This document shows, in pieces, positions 1-9,046 of a DNA stretch of 64,000 nt (position 1 is the first letter of the stretch; each line of letters begins with the position of its first letter). Location: IMG/VR virus record IMGVR_UViG_3300027821_000007, positions 27,504 through 91,503 of that record. One strand, 5' to 3'. Under the pieces are notes generated by a model. The model ran no database searches. It saw only the letters and a list, made by a program, of their open reading frames with translations, and was not told where the DNA came from. The stretch is from a virus. A program made the position numbers and the translations under genes.

Positions 1-2
1 AG

Positions 3-188
3 GACAGCAAAGGCTGGACCGGTCCGCTCACCATCCAGCAGGTCGCCATCGTGCCGCCTGGTTCCTACCGCACCTGCAAGTCATGCCGCAGTGCCGATCC
101 GTTGCCGGCTAAGCAACGCTCCTACGGGCCGCGCAAGGTGCTGTCGCCGCGGCAGCGGAACCAGCACGCGCGGATGCGCGAGGCATGA
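3..188 (+). CDS. 5'-truncated hypothetical phage protein (ends ...YRTCKSCRS...RMREA)
   Basis: Open frame from the window edge to TGA 186-188; CxxC motif; translated by hand. Confidence 0.5.
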   Translation, partial: DSKGWTGPLTIQQVAIVPPGSYRTCKSCRSADPLPAKQRSYGPRKVLSPRQRNQHARMREA

Positions 189-266
189 ATGATCCTGCGA
201 TGCGCGTTGTTGCTGCTGTTCGTGCTCTCGCTGGCGGGTCTGCTGCGCTCATGTGCCAAGGTCTGA
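189..266 (+). CDS. putative 25-aa hydrophobic micro-protein MILRCALLLLFVLSLAGLLRSCAKV
   Basis: ATG directly after the upstream stop; single hydrophobic stretch; below the ORF-track cutoff. Confidence 0.3.
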   Translation: MILRCALLLLFVLSLAGLLRSCAKV

Positions 267-267
267 C

Positions 268-360
268 ATGACGACCTTCGCCCTAGGCTTCCTCGTCGGG
301 GTCGGCGTCACCTATGTCTGGTCGCGGTTGCACCGGCCTCGCTGGCTGGCCCGGCCCTGA
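268..360 (+). CDS. putative 30-aa single-TM micro-protein MTTFALGFLVGVGVTYVWSRLHRPRWLARP
   Basis: ATG 1 nt after the previous stop; GxxxG TM helix plus basic tail; overlaps the 3' end of the RHH gene antisense. Confidence 0.35.
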   Translation: MTTFALGFLVGVGVTYVWSRLHRPRWLARP

Positions 361-489
361 CAACCCGCGCTCGAGGATGTGGCGGATGGCAGCCGCCCGG
401 CTCATCAGGCGATGCTCATGCCAATAGGCATCTATCCGCTCTGCCATAGACGACGGTATGCGCAGTGGCATTGTGACGAATGCTTCCAT
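283..489 (-). CDS. CopG/ribbon-helix-helix DNA-binding protein
   Basis: Pattern MPLRIPSSMAERIDAY...SRAAAIRHILERGL is typical of RHH; start may be 489 or 507. Confidence 0.7.
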   Translation of the reverse strand: MEAFVTMPLRIPSSMAERIDAYWHEHRLMSRAAAIRHILERGLSGPGQPARPVQPRPDIGDADPDEEA

Positions 490-610
490 AGCTGATGGAT
501 GATGCATCTGCGTCGATCATGTCAATGGCATTCACGGCAGCGTGTGTCGTGGAACTTTACACCGACACCCAGTCAGAATGGGTTTTGGCATTGAGGGGGA
601 GTTTCAATAA

Positions 611-874
611 ATGGACGAAGCGACAAAGAAAGCGGCACAAGAAGAGACAAGGCAGGCCAGACAGTCGGGACTAATCAAACCGAAGCCATGCCAAAACTGT
701 GGTTACGATGATCGGCGCGTGGTGCATGCACACCATCCGGATTACAGCAGAGTGCTGGAGGTCGTGTGGCTTTGTCGCAAATGCCACGCGAAAGAACATT
801 CCCGACTTGCCCGCGAAAAGCGGGAGCGGCTTACGGAAAGTCTGATGGCCATCCGCCGAAGGCAGTTAGTGTAA
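611..874 (+). CDS. small HNH-type nuclease/zinc-binding protein
   Basis: CQNC...HAHHPDYS...VVWLCRKCHAKEH; SD GAGGGGGAG upstream. Confidence 0.75.
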   Translation: MDEATKKAAQEETRQARQSGLIKPKPCQNCGYDDRRVVHAHHPDYSRVLEVVWLCRKCHAKEHSRLAREKRERLTESLMAIRRRQLV

Positions 875-887
875 GCTCTGCCTTACA
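870..887. promoter_or_regulatory. palindromic enhancer-like site TGTAAG-N6-CTTACA (candidate sigma54 activator site)
   Basis: Perfect 6-bp inverted repeat ~65 bp upstream of a sigma54 motif; second TGTC-N6-GACA at 903-916. Confidence 0.55.
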
Positions 888-950
888 TACACCCTATAAT
901 CATGTCATTATCGACACTTAGTTTTGAGCGATATCCTTTTGTTGTGACCG

Positions 951-966
951 TGGCGTCTGGTTTGCA
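951..966 (+). promoter_or_regulatory. sigma54 (-24/-12) promoter TGGCGTCTGGTTTGCA
   Basis: GG-N10-GC spacing; matches TGGCAC-N5-TTGCW except at 2 positions; just upstream of the PEP-CTERM genes. Confidence 0.65.
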
Positions 967-1013
967 TGTCTCTTAGGCTGTCGCTTATGGCGACACAACC
1001 AAGGGGAGACACC

Positions 1014-1745
1014 ATGCGGATCCACTATCTCATCATCGGCGCGATGGCCACGGCAGTTGCCGTCGCTGCCGCGTTTCCGGCTCACGCTACACTTCAGGTA
1101 GCTGCCCAGTTCGGTGCCACCACGTTTAACTGCGTGGACAACGACAACACCTGCGACACCAATCTGTCCACAGGCACGATCCAGATCGCCAACCAGACGA
1201 TTGGTGGCGTCACGGTTAATGGCTCGGTCCAGACCTCGACCGGCACGCCGGCGAACCCTGGCGCACAGGACATCCTGAACACGTCCTCGCTGAACCTGAT
1301 CAACGTGGCAGGCGTTGCGGTCGCCTACACCGTGACGATCAGCGACACATTCTTCGCTGCTCCGGTTAATACGTTCACGGCGACCACTGCCGGGACGTGG
1401 CAGAACGCGATCGGCTCGACCGCCCAGACCCGTCTGTGGGCCGATCCGCTGAATGCGCAAGGGGCGGATGACATCAACGACCATCCCGGTGCGTTGCTGG
1501 ACAATTTCACTTCGACTGCTCTGATTTCTGCCGACAGCTACAGCCACAACGCCAGCGGCGCGTTCGTGAGTGCCAATGCGTTTTCGATTACGGAACAGGT
1601 CACCGGTTCATTGTCTGCTGGTGGTCAGCTCATCAATCGTGGGCAGACTGCAATTCTGGAGAATGTGCCTGAACCTGCTTCAATGATGCTCCTGGGTGCC
1701 GGTCTGGTCGGCCTGGGTGCGGTTTACCGTAGGCGGCGGGCATGA
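1014..1745 (+). CDS. PEP-CTERM sorting-domain surface protein 1
   Basis: SD AAGGGGAG; signal peptide ending PAHA; Thr/Asn/Ser-rich body; C-terminus VPEPASMMLLGAGLVGLGAVYRRRRA. Confidence 0.9.
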   Translation: MRIHYLIIGAMATAVAVAAAFPAHATLQVAAQFGATTFNCVDNDNTCDTNLSTGTIQIANQTIGGVTVNGSVQTSTGTPANPGAQDILNTSSLNLINVAGVAVAYTVTISDTFFAAPVNTFTATTAGTWQNAIGSTAQTRLWADPLNAQGADDINDHPGALLDNFTSTALISADSYSHNASGAFVSANAFSITEQVTGSLSAGGQLINRGQTAILENVPEPASMMLLGAGLVGLGAVYRRRRA

Positions 1746-2512
1746 AGAACTTCCTCGTCACCGGGGTTATCGCGATGGCAGCATTCTCCGCTGCCATCAT
1801 GCTTGGTCCGAACCCTGTCCACGCCGATATCATCAGTCTGCTGGGATTCACTCCCAACCTGTCCACCAGCACGCTTACCTTGGTCGCGGTGCCGCCGCCG
1901 GGCAATCAACCGATCAATAATCCCTGCTTGATTTGCGGCACGAATCAACCGCAGCAACCTGCCAACTTCGGCTTCAACAACTACCAGCAGGGCGGCAATC
2001 AGACAGCGTTCTCTGACTTCTCGACGGCGGCGACAGGCCACCAGAGCCTTGGAAACGACACGCAGGGCACGGGATATGCTGCATCGTTCCTGCGCGCGTT
2101 CCTCATCTCGCAACTGGATTTGAACGGCGTATTGAACGTCGGCATCGACGTGAATACCGCGACGGGTGCGGGTGCTGAAGTGCTGGAGCGGTTCGTCGTG
2201 CTCGACGTGGTCAACAAGACCATCCTCGCGGACTACAACCCGCTGGTTGGGACGCCTTTGCCGACCAACAACAACGGCACCGGCTTTCCCGATTACCTGC
2301 TGACCGGCTTTAATATCGACCGGAACGACATCTTACCTAACACCCAGATCGAGTTCTACGCCCGGTGGTCGAACGCGAGTGACGGGGCGGAGAGCTTCTT
2401 CCTCGTCTCGGCTCCCGGCGACGAGCCTCCTCCCGTGCCGGAACCCGCCTCATTGGCGTTGCTAGGCGTCGGCCTCGTTGGGCTGGCCGCGCTGCGTCGT
2501 CGTGTGGTTTAG
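1742..2512 (+). CDS. PEP-CTERM sorting-domain surface protein 2
   Basis: ATGA overlap with protein 1; signal peptide ending VHA; C-terminus VPEPASLALLGVGLVGLAALRRRVV. Confidence 0.9.
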   Translation: MKNFLVTGVIAMAAFSAAIMLGPNPVHADIISLLGFTPNLSTSTLTLVAVPPPGNQPINNPCLICGTNQPQQPANFGFNNYQQGGNQTAFSDFSTAATGHQSLGNDTQGTGYAASFLRAFLISQLDLNGVLNVGIDVNTATGAGAEVLERFVVLDVVNKTILADYNPLVGTPLPTNNNGTGFPDYLLTGFNIDRNDILPNTQIEFYARWSNASDGAESFFLVSAPGDEPPPVPEPASLALLGVGLVGLAALRRRVV

Positions 2513-2585
2513 CCTGGGCTTGCTAGTCGGCTTCGCAGTCGGTGTCGTGGCGACGATCGGCACGGCGACGTTTTACTACCGCTAA
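2502..2585 (+). CDS. 27-aa single-TM micro-protein MWFSLGLLVGFAVGVVATIGTATFYYR
   Basis: GTG start overlapping the upstream stop region; similar to the next micro-ORF. Confidence 0.45.
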   Translation: MWFSLGLLVGFAVGVVATIGTATFYYR

Positions 2586-2592
2586 TCTCGCC

Positions 2593-2685
2593 ATGTGGTT
2601 CTTCATCGGCTTCGTGATCGGGGTCGTGGTCGGCGTCGCGGCGGTCATCACCCTCGCAGTGTCGACCACGTCGCGGTGGTATTAA
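2593..2685 (+). CDS. 30-aa single-TM micro-protein MWFFIGFVIGVVVGVAAVITLAVSTTSRWY
   Basis: ATG..TAA; GxxxGxxxG zipper; phage-like codon usage. Confidence 0.5.
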   Translation: MWFFIGFVIGVVVGVAAVITLAVSTTSRWY

Positions 2686-2772
2686 GCATTCTCGTTTGAT
2701 AAGCCGAACCTACCGGTGCGGCGGTGCCACATGGTGCCGCCGTTTCCTTGTCGCCGGGCGGGGAACAGCCCA

Positions 2773-3141
2773 ATGGGCGACCACCAGCAGCAGAAGCCCG
2801 AAAGAACGCGTCCGAATTGGATTACCCTTTCGGTGTTGGGGGTGGCTGCTTCAATCGGGCTCTACGTGTTCACCATCGGCAGCGAACTCGGCGCGATGCG
2901 CCAGAAGCTGGACACCGACGAATTCCGCATCACCGCGCTTGAGCAACACGGCAGCGGCCCGGTGCAGACCGCCGCGGCACGGGTCGAGGCCGTCGCCCAG
3001 CGCGCCGACCGGATTTTAACCGAGCTGTTGTTGATGCAGCAGCGCATTTCGGAACTGGCGGCAACCCAGCAAACCCAGGGTGTCATCCTCAACAGGATGC
3101 AGCAGGATATGCAGGGGCGTGACAAGGAGAAGACGCCCTAG
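2773..3141 (+). CDS. membrane-anchored coiled-coil protein
   Basis: One TM (WITLSVLGVAASIGLYVFTIG) followed by a Q/E/L-rich heptad region. Confidence 0.65.
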   Translation: MGDHQQQKPERTRPNWITLSVLGVAASIGLYVFTIGSELGAMRQKLDTDEFRITALEQHGSGPVQTAAARVEAVAQRADRILTELLLMQQRISELAATQQTQGVILNRMQQDMQGRDKEKTP

Positions 3142-3167
3142 AAACTTCGGGATGAGTTTCGTTAACT

Positions 3168-3208
3168 CGGCGGCCGGTCCGCGCCATCCCGGCCGCCGTC
3201 TCTTTTTT
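3168..3208 (+). terminator. Rho-independent terminator
   Basis: 10-bp GC stem CGGCGGCCGG/CCGGCCGCCG followed by TCTCTTTTTT. Confidence 0.65.
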
Positions 3209-3247
3209 GTGGTATGGATCCGGGAAAACATCTAACCCGCTGATCTC

Positions 3248-4750
3248 ATGCCATTCGACGATCAAGGCTCAACCAAATACCTGACCCGCCGCATCGAGAC
3301 CGAGCGCGAACTCGGCCGCCGCTCGTTCCACGATTTCTACACGATGGCCTGGCCGTTCATGGATCCGGCGCCATACGTCGAGGGCAAGCATATCCGGGTC
3401 ATCTGCTACCACCTGCAGCGCGCAGCTCGTCGCGAGGTGCGCAAGATCCTCGTCTGCATCCCGCCACGCTACAGCAAATCGCTGATCTGCAGCGTCGCCT
3501 TCCCGGCCTGGGTGTGGACCTGGTGGCCATCGGCCAAGTTCATCACCTGCTCCTACGACCAGAAGCTCGGCGCTCGCGACAGCCTCGCCACCCGCCGGCT
3601 GGTCGAGCACCCGTGGTATCGCGAGCGCTGGCCCGAGGTACGTCTCGAGCGCGATCAGCATCAGAAGATGTGGTACCAGACCACCGCCGGGGGCGTGCGC
3701 TATGTCGGCTCGCCCAGCACCGGCGTGACCGGTCACGGCGCCGACTTCGCCCTGTTCGATGACCCTCATGACGTCGTGGCGGGCGAGAGCGAGGCCGATC
3801 GGGTGCGCGCGGTGACGTTCTGGTTCGAAAGCATGTCTTCAAGGTTCAACGACCCTAGCGAGGGCGTCTCGATAGTGATCGGCCAGCGCGTGCACCAAAA
3901 TGACGTGCAAGGTGAATGCGTTCGTCGCGGCTACGACACCGTGGTGTTGCCGGCGCGTTACGAACCCGACCATCCGGAACTCAATATTTACGACTGGCGG
4001 CGCACACCGGGCGAGCCGCTGTGGCCGGAGAAGTTCGACGACGACGTGCTGATCGGGCTGTGGCAGACGCTCCGCGACTACGCCGTCGCCGGGCAGCAGC
4101 AGCAGCGCCCGACCCCGCGCGAGGGCGGGCTGTTCAAGCGCGAGTGGTTCGAGGTCGTGGACCTGCTGCCGGAAGATATCGTGTGGGCGCGCGGCTGGGA
4201 TCTCGCCGGCACCAAAAAGAGCGTCAAGGCGGACCCGGACTGGACTGTGGGTGTGAAGATCGGCCGCCACCAAGTTACGGGGGTGATCTACATCGCCTCG
4301 GTGGTGCGGCTGCGCGAGGACCCGGGTGGGGTGCAGGAACGCATCAAGGCGGTGGCGCAGCAGGATGGGCCGCACACCAAGATCGGCCTGCCGCAGGACC
4401 CGGCCCAGGCCGGCAAGTTCCAGGCTCAGGTCTACGTCACCCAGGTGCTGGCGGGCTATCCGGTGCACGTCTTCCCGCAATCGGACACCAAGATGGACCG
4501 CGCCGATCCGTTCGCGGCACAGTGCCGAGCTGGTAACGTGAAACTCTACCGGGCCAACTGGAACGACGCCTTCATGGACGAACTGACCGCGTTCCCGGCC
4601 GGCAGCCATGACGACCAGGTCGATGCGGTCAGCACCGGCTACATGCTGCTGATGGATCCGACCACCGGCATCCTCGACTACATGCGCGAGTTGTCGCTGA
4701 CCCGGCGCACCGAGGACCTCGAGATGCGCCGCCAGATGGGGCTGCGATGA
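3248..4750 (+). CDS. terL: terminase large subunit
   Basis: Walker A-like IPPRYSKS, Walker B ALFDDPH, QQRPTPREGGLFK linker, RNase H-like RGWDLA and FPAGSHDDQVDA. Confidence 0.95.
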   Translation: MPFDDQGSTKYLTRRIETERELGRRSFHDFYTMAWPFMDPAPYVEGKHIRVICYHLQRAARREVRKILVCIPPRYSKSLICSVAFPAWVWTWWPSAKFITCSYDQKLGARDSLATRRLVEHPWYRERWPEVRLERDQHQKMWYQTTAGGVRYVGSPSTGVTGHGADFALFDDPHDVVAGESEADRVRAVTFWFESMSSRFNDPSEGVSIVIGQRVHQNDVQGECVRRGYDTVVLPARYEPDHPELNIYDWRRTPGEPLWPEKFDDDVLIGLWQTLRDYAVAGQQQQRPTPREGGLFKREWFEVVDLLPEDIVWARGWDLAGTKKSVKADPDWTVGVKIGRHQVTGVIYIASVVRLREDPGGVQERIKAVAQQDGPHTKIGLPQDPAQAGKFQAQVYVTQVLAGYPVHVFPQSDTKMDRADPFAAQCRAGNVKLYRANWNDAFMDELTAFPAGSHDDQVDAVSTGYMLLMDPTTGILDYMRELSLTRRTEDLEMRRQMGLR

Positions 4751-5019
4751 AGGAGTTTGTGGAATTCGTGGCGTGGGCGTTCTGGCCGGTCGGCATCACT
4801 GCCCTCGAAGCCCTGGCGATCGTCATCCTGCTGCTCGGCCTGCGCGATCTGCGCAGTCGCCATAGGGCTCTCGGCCAGGAAACCACGTACGTGCTGATGA
4901 TGCACCAGGACAACCTGGCCGCGATCGACGCCCGACTGCGCGCCCTCGGCTCGCGCACGACCGGCGATATGCCGATCCCCACAGCCGAGGAAGCGGTTGG
5001 GGGACGCTGGATGCGATAG
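4747..5019 (+). CDS. hypothetical membrane protein
   Basis: ATGA overlap; N-terminal hydrophobic segment. Confidence 0.6.
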   Translation: MKEFVEFVAWAFWPVGITALEALAIVILLLGLRDLRSRHRALGQETTYVLMMHQDNLAAIDARLRALGSRTTGDMPIPTAEEAVGGRWMR

Positions 5020-5079
5020 CGTGTCGGAGCCGGAAAAACGTGCTATTCGCCATTGATATGGCTCGAAAGGGGTGCAGGC

Positions 5080-5478
5080 ATGGGCCCGGGGAAGTTCCCG
5101 CTGACGCTGTATCGCGGCGATAGTGCCCGCTGGGGTTTCGTGCTGTGGGCCGATGCTGACAAGACCATCCCGGCTGATCTGGTGAGTGTCACTCCCAAGG
5201 CGGAAGTAAGGGACAAGCCGGCTGGTACCAAGATAGTAGCCCTGGACTGCGTGATCATCCTGCCCAACACCATCACCATGACGCTGACGGCCGACATGGC
5301 GCGCATCCTGCCAGCGACCGGCGTCTGGGACCTGCAGTTGACGTACGATGATGGGGACGTTGCCACCATTCTGGCCGGCTCTGTGCTGGTGACGCCCGAC
5401 GTCACTGACAGCAGCCTGGCGGTTCCCACCCCATCGACGCTGTTGGTGGTTCCGAACCGCGTGCGCGGCGCGGCATGA
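5080..5478 (+). CDS. virion structural protein (BppU-N/Ig-like adaptor type)
   Basis: LTLYRGDS...VWDLQLTYDDGDVATILAGSVLV pattern common in tail/baseplate accessory proteins. Confidence 0.6.
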   Translation: MGPGKFPLTLYRGDSARWGFVLWADADKTIPADLVSVTPKAEVRDKPAGTKIVALDCVIILPNTITMTLTADMARILPATGVWDLQLTYDDGDVATILAGSVLVTPDVTDSSLAVPTPSTLLVVPNRVRGAA

Positions 5479-6020
5479 GCGACGTCATCACCGAGACCAT
5501 CGTCGTTGACGTGGTGGTCGACGCGCCGCCGGTACTGGTGGTCGACGTCATCATGCCGGCGCCGATCGCGCTCGTGGTCGACGTGCTGGCGCCGCCGCCG
5601 CTGGTCGAGGTCGTCGAGATCGCCGATTTCGGGACGGTGCCGATCGGCTATCCCCAGCTTCCGGTCGAGTTGCGCCAGTTGCCGATCAGCTTCCCCTACG
5701 CCGGGCGCCCCGCGGCTGGTACAGAAATCAACCTGCCGATGAGCTTCGCGCTGACTGTGCCGGTCGGCCTGGCGGGCACGGTGAGTTATGCCAAGGCTCC
5801 GCCGGCAGCCAATGCGGTCTTTCTGCTCAATCGGTTGAGCGAAACGGACGGCGTCGTGGAACTGGGTACGATAACACTCACCCCAGCCAGCCGTTCGAGT
5901 TGCCTGCTTACCGGCGCTGGCGGCTTGCTCGAGGTCGGCGACGTCATGCAGCTCGTGGCGCCGGAGCAAGACTTGCTGCTCGCCGACGTCGGCATAACCA
6001 TACTTGCAAATCGGATGTGA
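5475..6020 (+). CDS. hypothetical virion protein with N-terminal VVDV repeats
   Basis: ATGA overlap; beta-rich C-terminal domain. Confidence 0.55.
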   Translation: MSDVITETIVVDVVVDAPPVLVVDVIMPAPIALVVDVLAPPPLVEVVEIADFGTVPIGYPQLPVELRQLPISFPYAGRPAAGTEINLPMSFALTVPVGLAGTVSYAKAPPAANAVFLLNRLSETDGVVELGTITLTPASRSSCLLTGAGGLLEVGDVMQLVAPEQDLLLADVGITILANRM

Positions 6021-6022
6021 CC

Positions 6023-6649
6023 ATGGGTTCAACGATCTTCGACTGCGCCACGATCGAAGAAGCAAAGTCGATCATCCTCACGCCCGAAATGGGGCTGTCG
6101 ACCGACGAGCGCTGGAAGCTCGAGACCGAGTGGCTGATCGAGAAGCTCGATTTCGTGCCGCTCGACATGGTCGTGGACTACGGCTGTGGCATCGGCCGGA
6201 TGAGCAAGGCCATGGTCGACCGGACGAGCTGCTGCGTGGTCGGGGTCGACCAGAGCGCCTCGATGCGCGCCATGGCCACGACGTATGTGGGCAACCCGGA
6301 GTGGTTCCAGGCGGTCACGCCGCGGTTCTTCAACTGCATGGTCGAGAACGCTTTCCTGGCAGATGGCGGGCTGACGGTGTGGTGTCTGCAGCATATCCCG
6401 ATGCCGATCCTCGACGGGGTGATGCGCACGCTAAAGGCGGGGATCAGCCCTGGTGGCACTCTGTGCACGATGGAACGGCCGGAGCGTTTCGTGCCGGTGC
6501 GCGAGGGCCAGATCTGGGGATGGGCCGACGATGGCGTGTCGGTTTTTGAACGGCTGGATCACCACGGCTTCACGTCGGTATCCGCGCTGCCGGTGCCGGA
6601 AACGCTCTGCCAGCCGGGGGCAATGCTACGCAAATGGAGGAATGAATGA
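6023..6649 (+). CDS. class I SAM-dependent methyltransferase
   Basis: VVDYGCGIGRMS motif I, VVGVDQSASM motif II, CLQHIP. Confidence 0.85.
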   Translation: MGSTIFDCATIEEAKSIILTPEMGLSTDERWKLETEWLIEKLDFVPLDMVVDYGCGIGRMSKAMVDRTSCCVVGVDQSASMRAMATTYVGNPEWFQAVTPRFFNCMVENAFLADGGLTVWCLQHIPMPILDGVMRTLKAGISPGGTLCTMERPERFVPVREGQIWGWADDGVSVFERLDHHGFTSVSALPVPETLCQPGAMLRKWRNE

Positions 6650-6882
6650 CTGAAGAAGCTCTATTGGGTGCGGCCGATGACTACCCGGCCCTGGCGGCTT
6701 GGGTAAAAGAGAAGGCAGCTGAATTACACCAGTTGTGGCAGACCTCGCCCGACAAGTATCCGGCGGCGCTCGAGGCGACGCGGGCGGAATACCAGGCCAA
6801 GCGGCCGCCGGGCGACGGCCAGCCCAAGACCGTTGTCATCGACGAGATCATCCACATCAGCGCCCAGGGCAGCGCAGGGTGA
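6646..6882 (+). CDS. hypothetical protein
   Basis: SD GGAGG; overlapping start/stop coupling at both ends. Confidence 0.6.
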   Translation: MTEEALLGAADDYPALAAWVKEKAAELHQLWQTSPDKYPAALEATRAEYQAKRPPGDGQPKTVVIDEIIHISAQGSAG

Positions 6883-7919
6883 GCCGGGCCCTCGTGGTTC
6901 GGCTCGGCGGCATCGGCGACAATCTCATCGCCGCTTCAGCGCTATCGCTGCTGGCCAAAAACCACGAGGTCGACGTCATGGCGCAGGCGCCGCAGGCCTG
7001 TGTTTTCGAGAATAACCCCTACGTGTCGCGGATTATCGTCAAGAAGGAAGGTGATATTCCGTCCGGTGGCAACGGCGAGCAATGGCATGCCTGGATGCGC
7101 GACCGCGGCAGCGAATACGACTGGTGGGTGAACCTGTCGCACAGCTGCGAAACCAAGCTGGCGCTGTTCAGGAATGAATGCGCGTTTTGGTGGCCAGATG
7201 CCTTCCGACGCAAGATGTGCGGTCACAACTACCTCGAATATGTCCACGACATTTGCGGCGTGGCGCACCAGTTCGATCCCGGTCCGCGCTTCTACCCGAC
7301 CGAGAAAGAGCAGATGCAGGCCGGGGACACGCTGGACAACGTACGTGACGGCGTGAACCGCCGGGTGGTCGGCATCGCCATCTCTGGTTCGCGCCTTGAT
7401 AAGATTTGGCCGTACTTGCCGATGCTGGTGGTGCGCCTGCTTGGCGAGCTCGAGGTCAGGGTAGTGCTGTTCGGGGCCGGCGAGCGCGATCACAAGATGG
7501 CGCAGCACGTCCAGGACTTCGTACAGCTCTGGCGTGGCTCGCTTGACGGACTGCACGCCGCCATTTCCCCCGATCCCAAGAACCCATCCTGGCCGATCCG
7601 CCGGGCGCTCGCCACCATTCAGCAATGCGACCTGGTGCTCACGCCCGACACCGGGCTGGCCTGGGCGGTGGCGATGGAGAAGATGCCGAAGGTGGTGGTG
7701 TTGTCGCACGCTTCGGAAGAGAACATCACCAAGCACTGGGTTAATACGACGTCCTTGCACGCCGATCCGGAGCGCGTGCCCTGCTATCCCTGTCACAGGC
7801 TGCATGACGACGCGAGCACCTGCGTCAAGGCTGCTGACGCCGAGGCGTCGAAGTGCATGGCGGACATCGCACTCGACACGGTTTTCACCGCCGTCCGCTC
7901 CAACCTGAAAGGACACTGA
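6879..7919 (+). CDS. glycosyltransferase family 9 (heptosyltransferase-like)
   Basis: VVRLGGIGDNL N-terminal motif, K-x-WP, DLVLTPDTGLAWAVA, PCYPC..C..CM C-terminus; GTG start. Confidence 0.85.
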   Translation: MSRALVVRLGGIGDNLIAASALSLLAKNHEVDVMAQAPQACVFENNPYVSRIIVKKEGDIPSGGNGEQWHAWMRDRGSEYDWWVNLSHSCETKLALFRNECAFWWPDAFRRKMCGHNYLEYVHDICGVAHQFDPGPRFYPTEKEQMQAGDTLDNVRDGVNRRVVGIAISGSRLDKIWPYLPMLVVRLLGELEVRVVLFGAGERDHKMAQHVQDFVQLWRGSLDGLHAAISPDPKNPSWPIRRALATIQQCDLVLTPDTGLAWAVAMEKMPKVVVLSHASEENITKHWVNTTSLHADPERVPCYPCHRLHDDASTCVKAADAEASKCMADIALDTVFTAVRSNLKGH

Positions 7920-7920
7920 T

Positions 7921-8319
7921 ATGGCTGGCATTACTCCATATGGCGTGAAAGCGATGCTCGATTACACGCTGGGCGGCGCGGCCGAGCCGGCGATCGCCGC
8001 CTGGGCGGTGGCGGTGGCGACCAGTACGGCGCCGACCACGGCGAGCATGTACGAGATCGCCACCGGCGAGGGCGCCAACCGGGCGACGGTGACGATGGGC
8101 GCCGCGGCCTCGCCGGCCGGGTCGTGCTCGAACGCCAACACGCTCAGCTACGGGCCGTTCAGCAGCGCGCGCACGATCTCGGGGATCTCGATCTGGGACA
8201 CGGCGGCAGTGACGGGCGGCAACGCGCTGTGGTTCGGCACGCTGTCGGTGGCGCGCACCCTGGCGATCGGCGACAGCCTGCTGATCAACCCGGGATCGCT
8301 GCTCATCACCCTCGCCTGA
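7921..8319 (+). CDS. virion/tail-fibre associated protein
   Basis: IWDTAAVTGGNALWFGTLSVARTLAIGDSLLINPGSLLITL pattern typical of phage fibre accessory proteins. Confidence 0.6.
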   Translation: MAGITPYGVKAMLDYTLGGAAEPAIAAWAVAVATSTAPTTASMYEIATGEGANRATVTMGAAASPAGSCSNANTLSYGPFSSARTISGISIWDTAAVTGGNALWFGTLSVARTLAIGDSLLINPGSLLITLA

Positions 8320-8576
8320 TGTGGGTCCGGTCAGGTGAGTGCTGTCACTGCGGTGACTGTTGTATCGGCTCGCCGCCGGGGGAAGCCGCCCCCGTCGACG
8401 GCATGTGCCCCCGTCTGCGCCCTGGTCCGGAGGGCAAACGGCTATGTTCTGTGCATGATACCGATCACGCCTACTGGCAAGGTGCGTGCAGGCTCTGGCC
8501 AAGTCACCCAATACACGTTGAAGCCTATGCTCGGTGCACGTTTAGCTTTGCCTGGGTCGAGGAAGGACAGGGTTAA
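8319..8576 (+). CDS. Cys-cluster protein (YkgJ-like CxxCxxCC, zinc/Fe-S binding)
   Basis: MWVRSGECCHCGDCC...CP.L...CSVH...CRLWP; TGATG coupling. Confidence 0.7.
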   Translation: MWVRSGECCHCGDCCIGSPPGEAAPVDGMCPRLRPGPEGKRLCSVHDTDHAYWQGACRLWPSHPIHVEAYARCTFSFAWVEEGQG

Positions 8577-9046
8577 TGCCCTCATATAGCGCCAACAATC
8601 GTCTGGGCGGCACCCAGCAGGTCATGACGACGACCTACAAGACGTGCCTGTCGGTGAGCGCACAGACGACGGGCCTGCGTCGGGCGCACATCTACGAACT
8701 GAACCTCGGGGTAGATGGCACGCCGGCCGACAACGTCGTGGTCTGGGATGTTTCACGCCAGACGACGGCGGGCACGGGCGGGGCCGCGGTTACACCGCTG
8801 GTGACCGAACCGGCCGATACCGCCTCGACGATGGTTGCCTACGCCAACCCGACTGCTGAGCCCGGTATCACGGCGACCAGTTCCATGCTGACCGTCGCGG
8901 TCAACCAGCGGGCGACCTATCGCTGGGTCGCGGTGCTCGGGCAGGAGTTGGTTATTCCGGCGACCAACCTGAACGGCATTGCCACGCGCGCGCTCAGTCC
9001 GGTCTACACCTCGACTTTCCTCGCCACTGTGATGTGGCTGGAATGA
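8576..9046 (+). CDS. Thr-rich hypothetical virion protein
   Basis: TAATG coupling; beta-rich composition. Confidence 0.6.
   Translation: MPSYSANNRLGGTQQVMTTTYKTCLSVSAQTTGLRRAHIYELNLGVDGTPADNVVVWDVSRQTTAGTGGAAVTPLVTEPADTASTMVAYANPTAEPGITATSSMLTVAVNQRATYRWVAVLGQELVIPATNLNGIATRALSPVYTSTFLATVMWLE

Noticed and set aside
2773-3141. Terminase small subunit or holin call
   Set aside because: TM plus coiled coil without HTH; no endolysin nearby; no small terminase is recognisable in the window.
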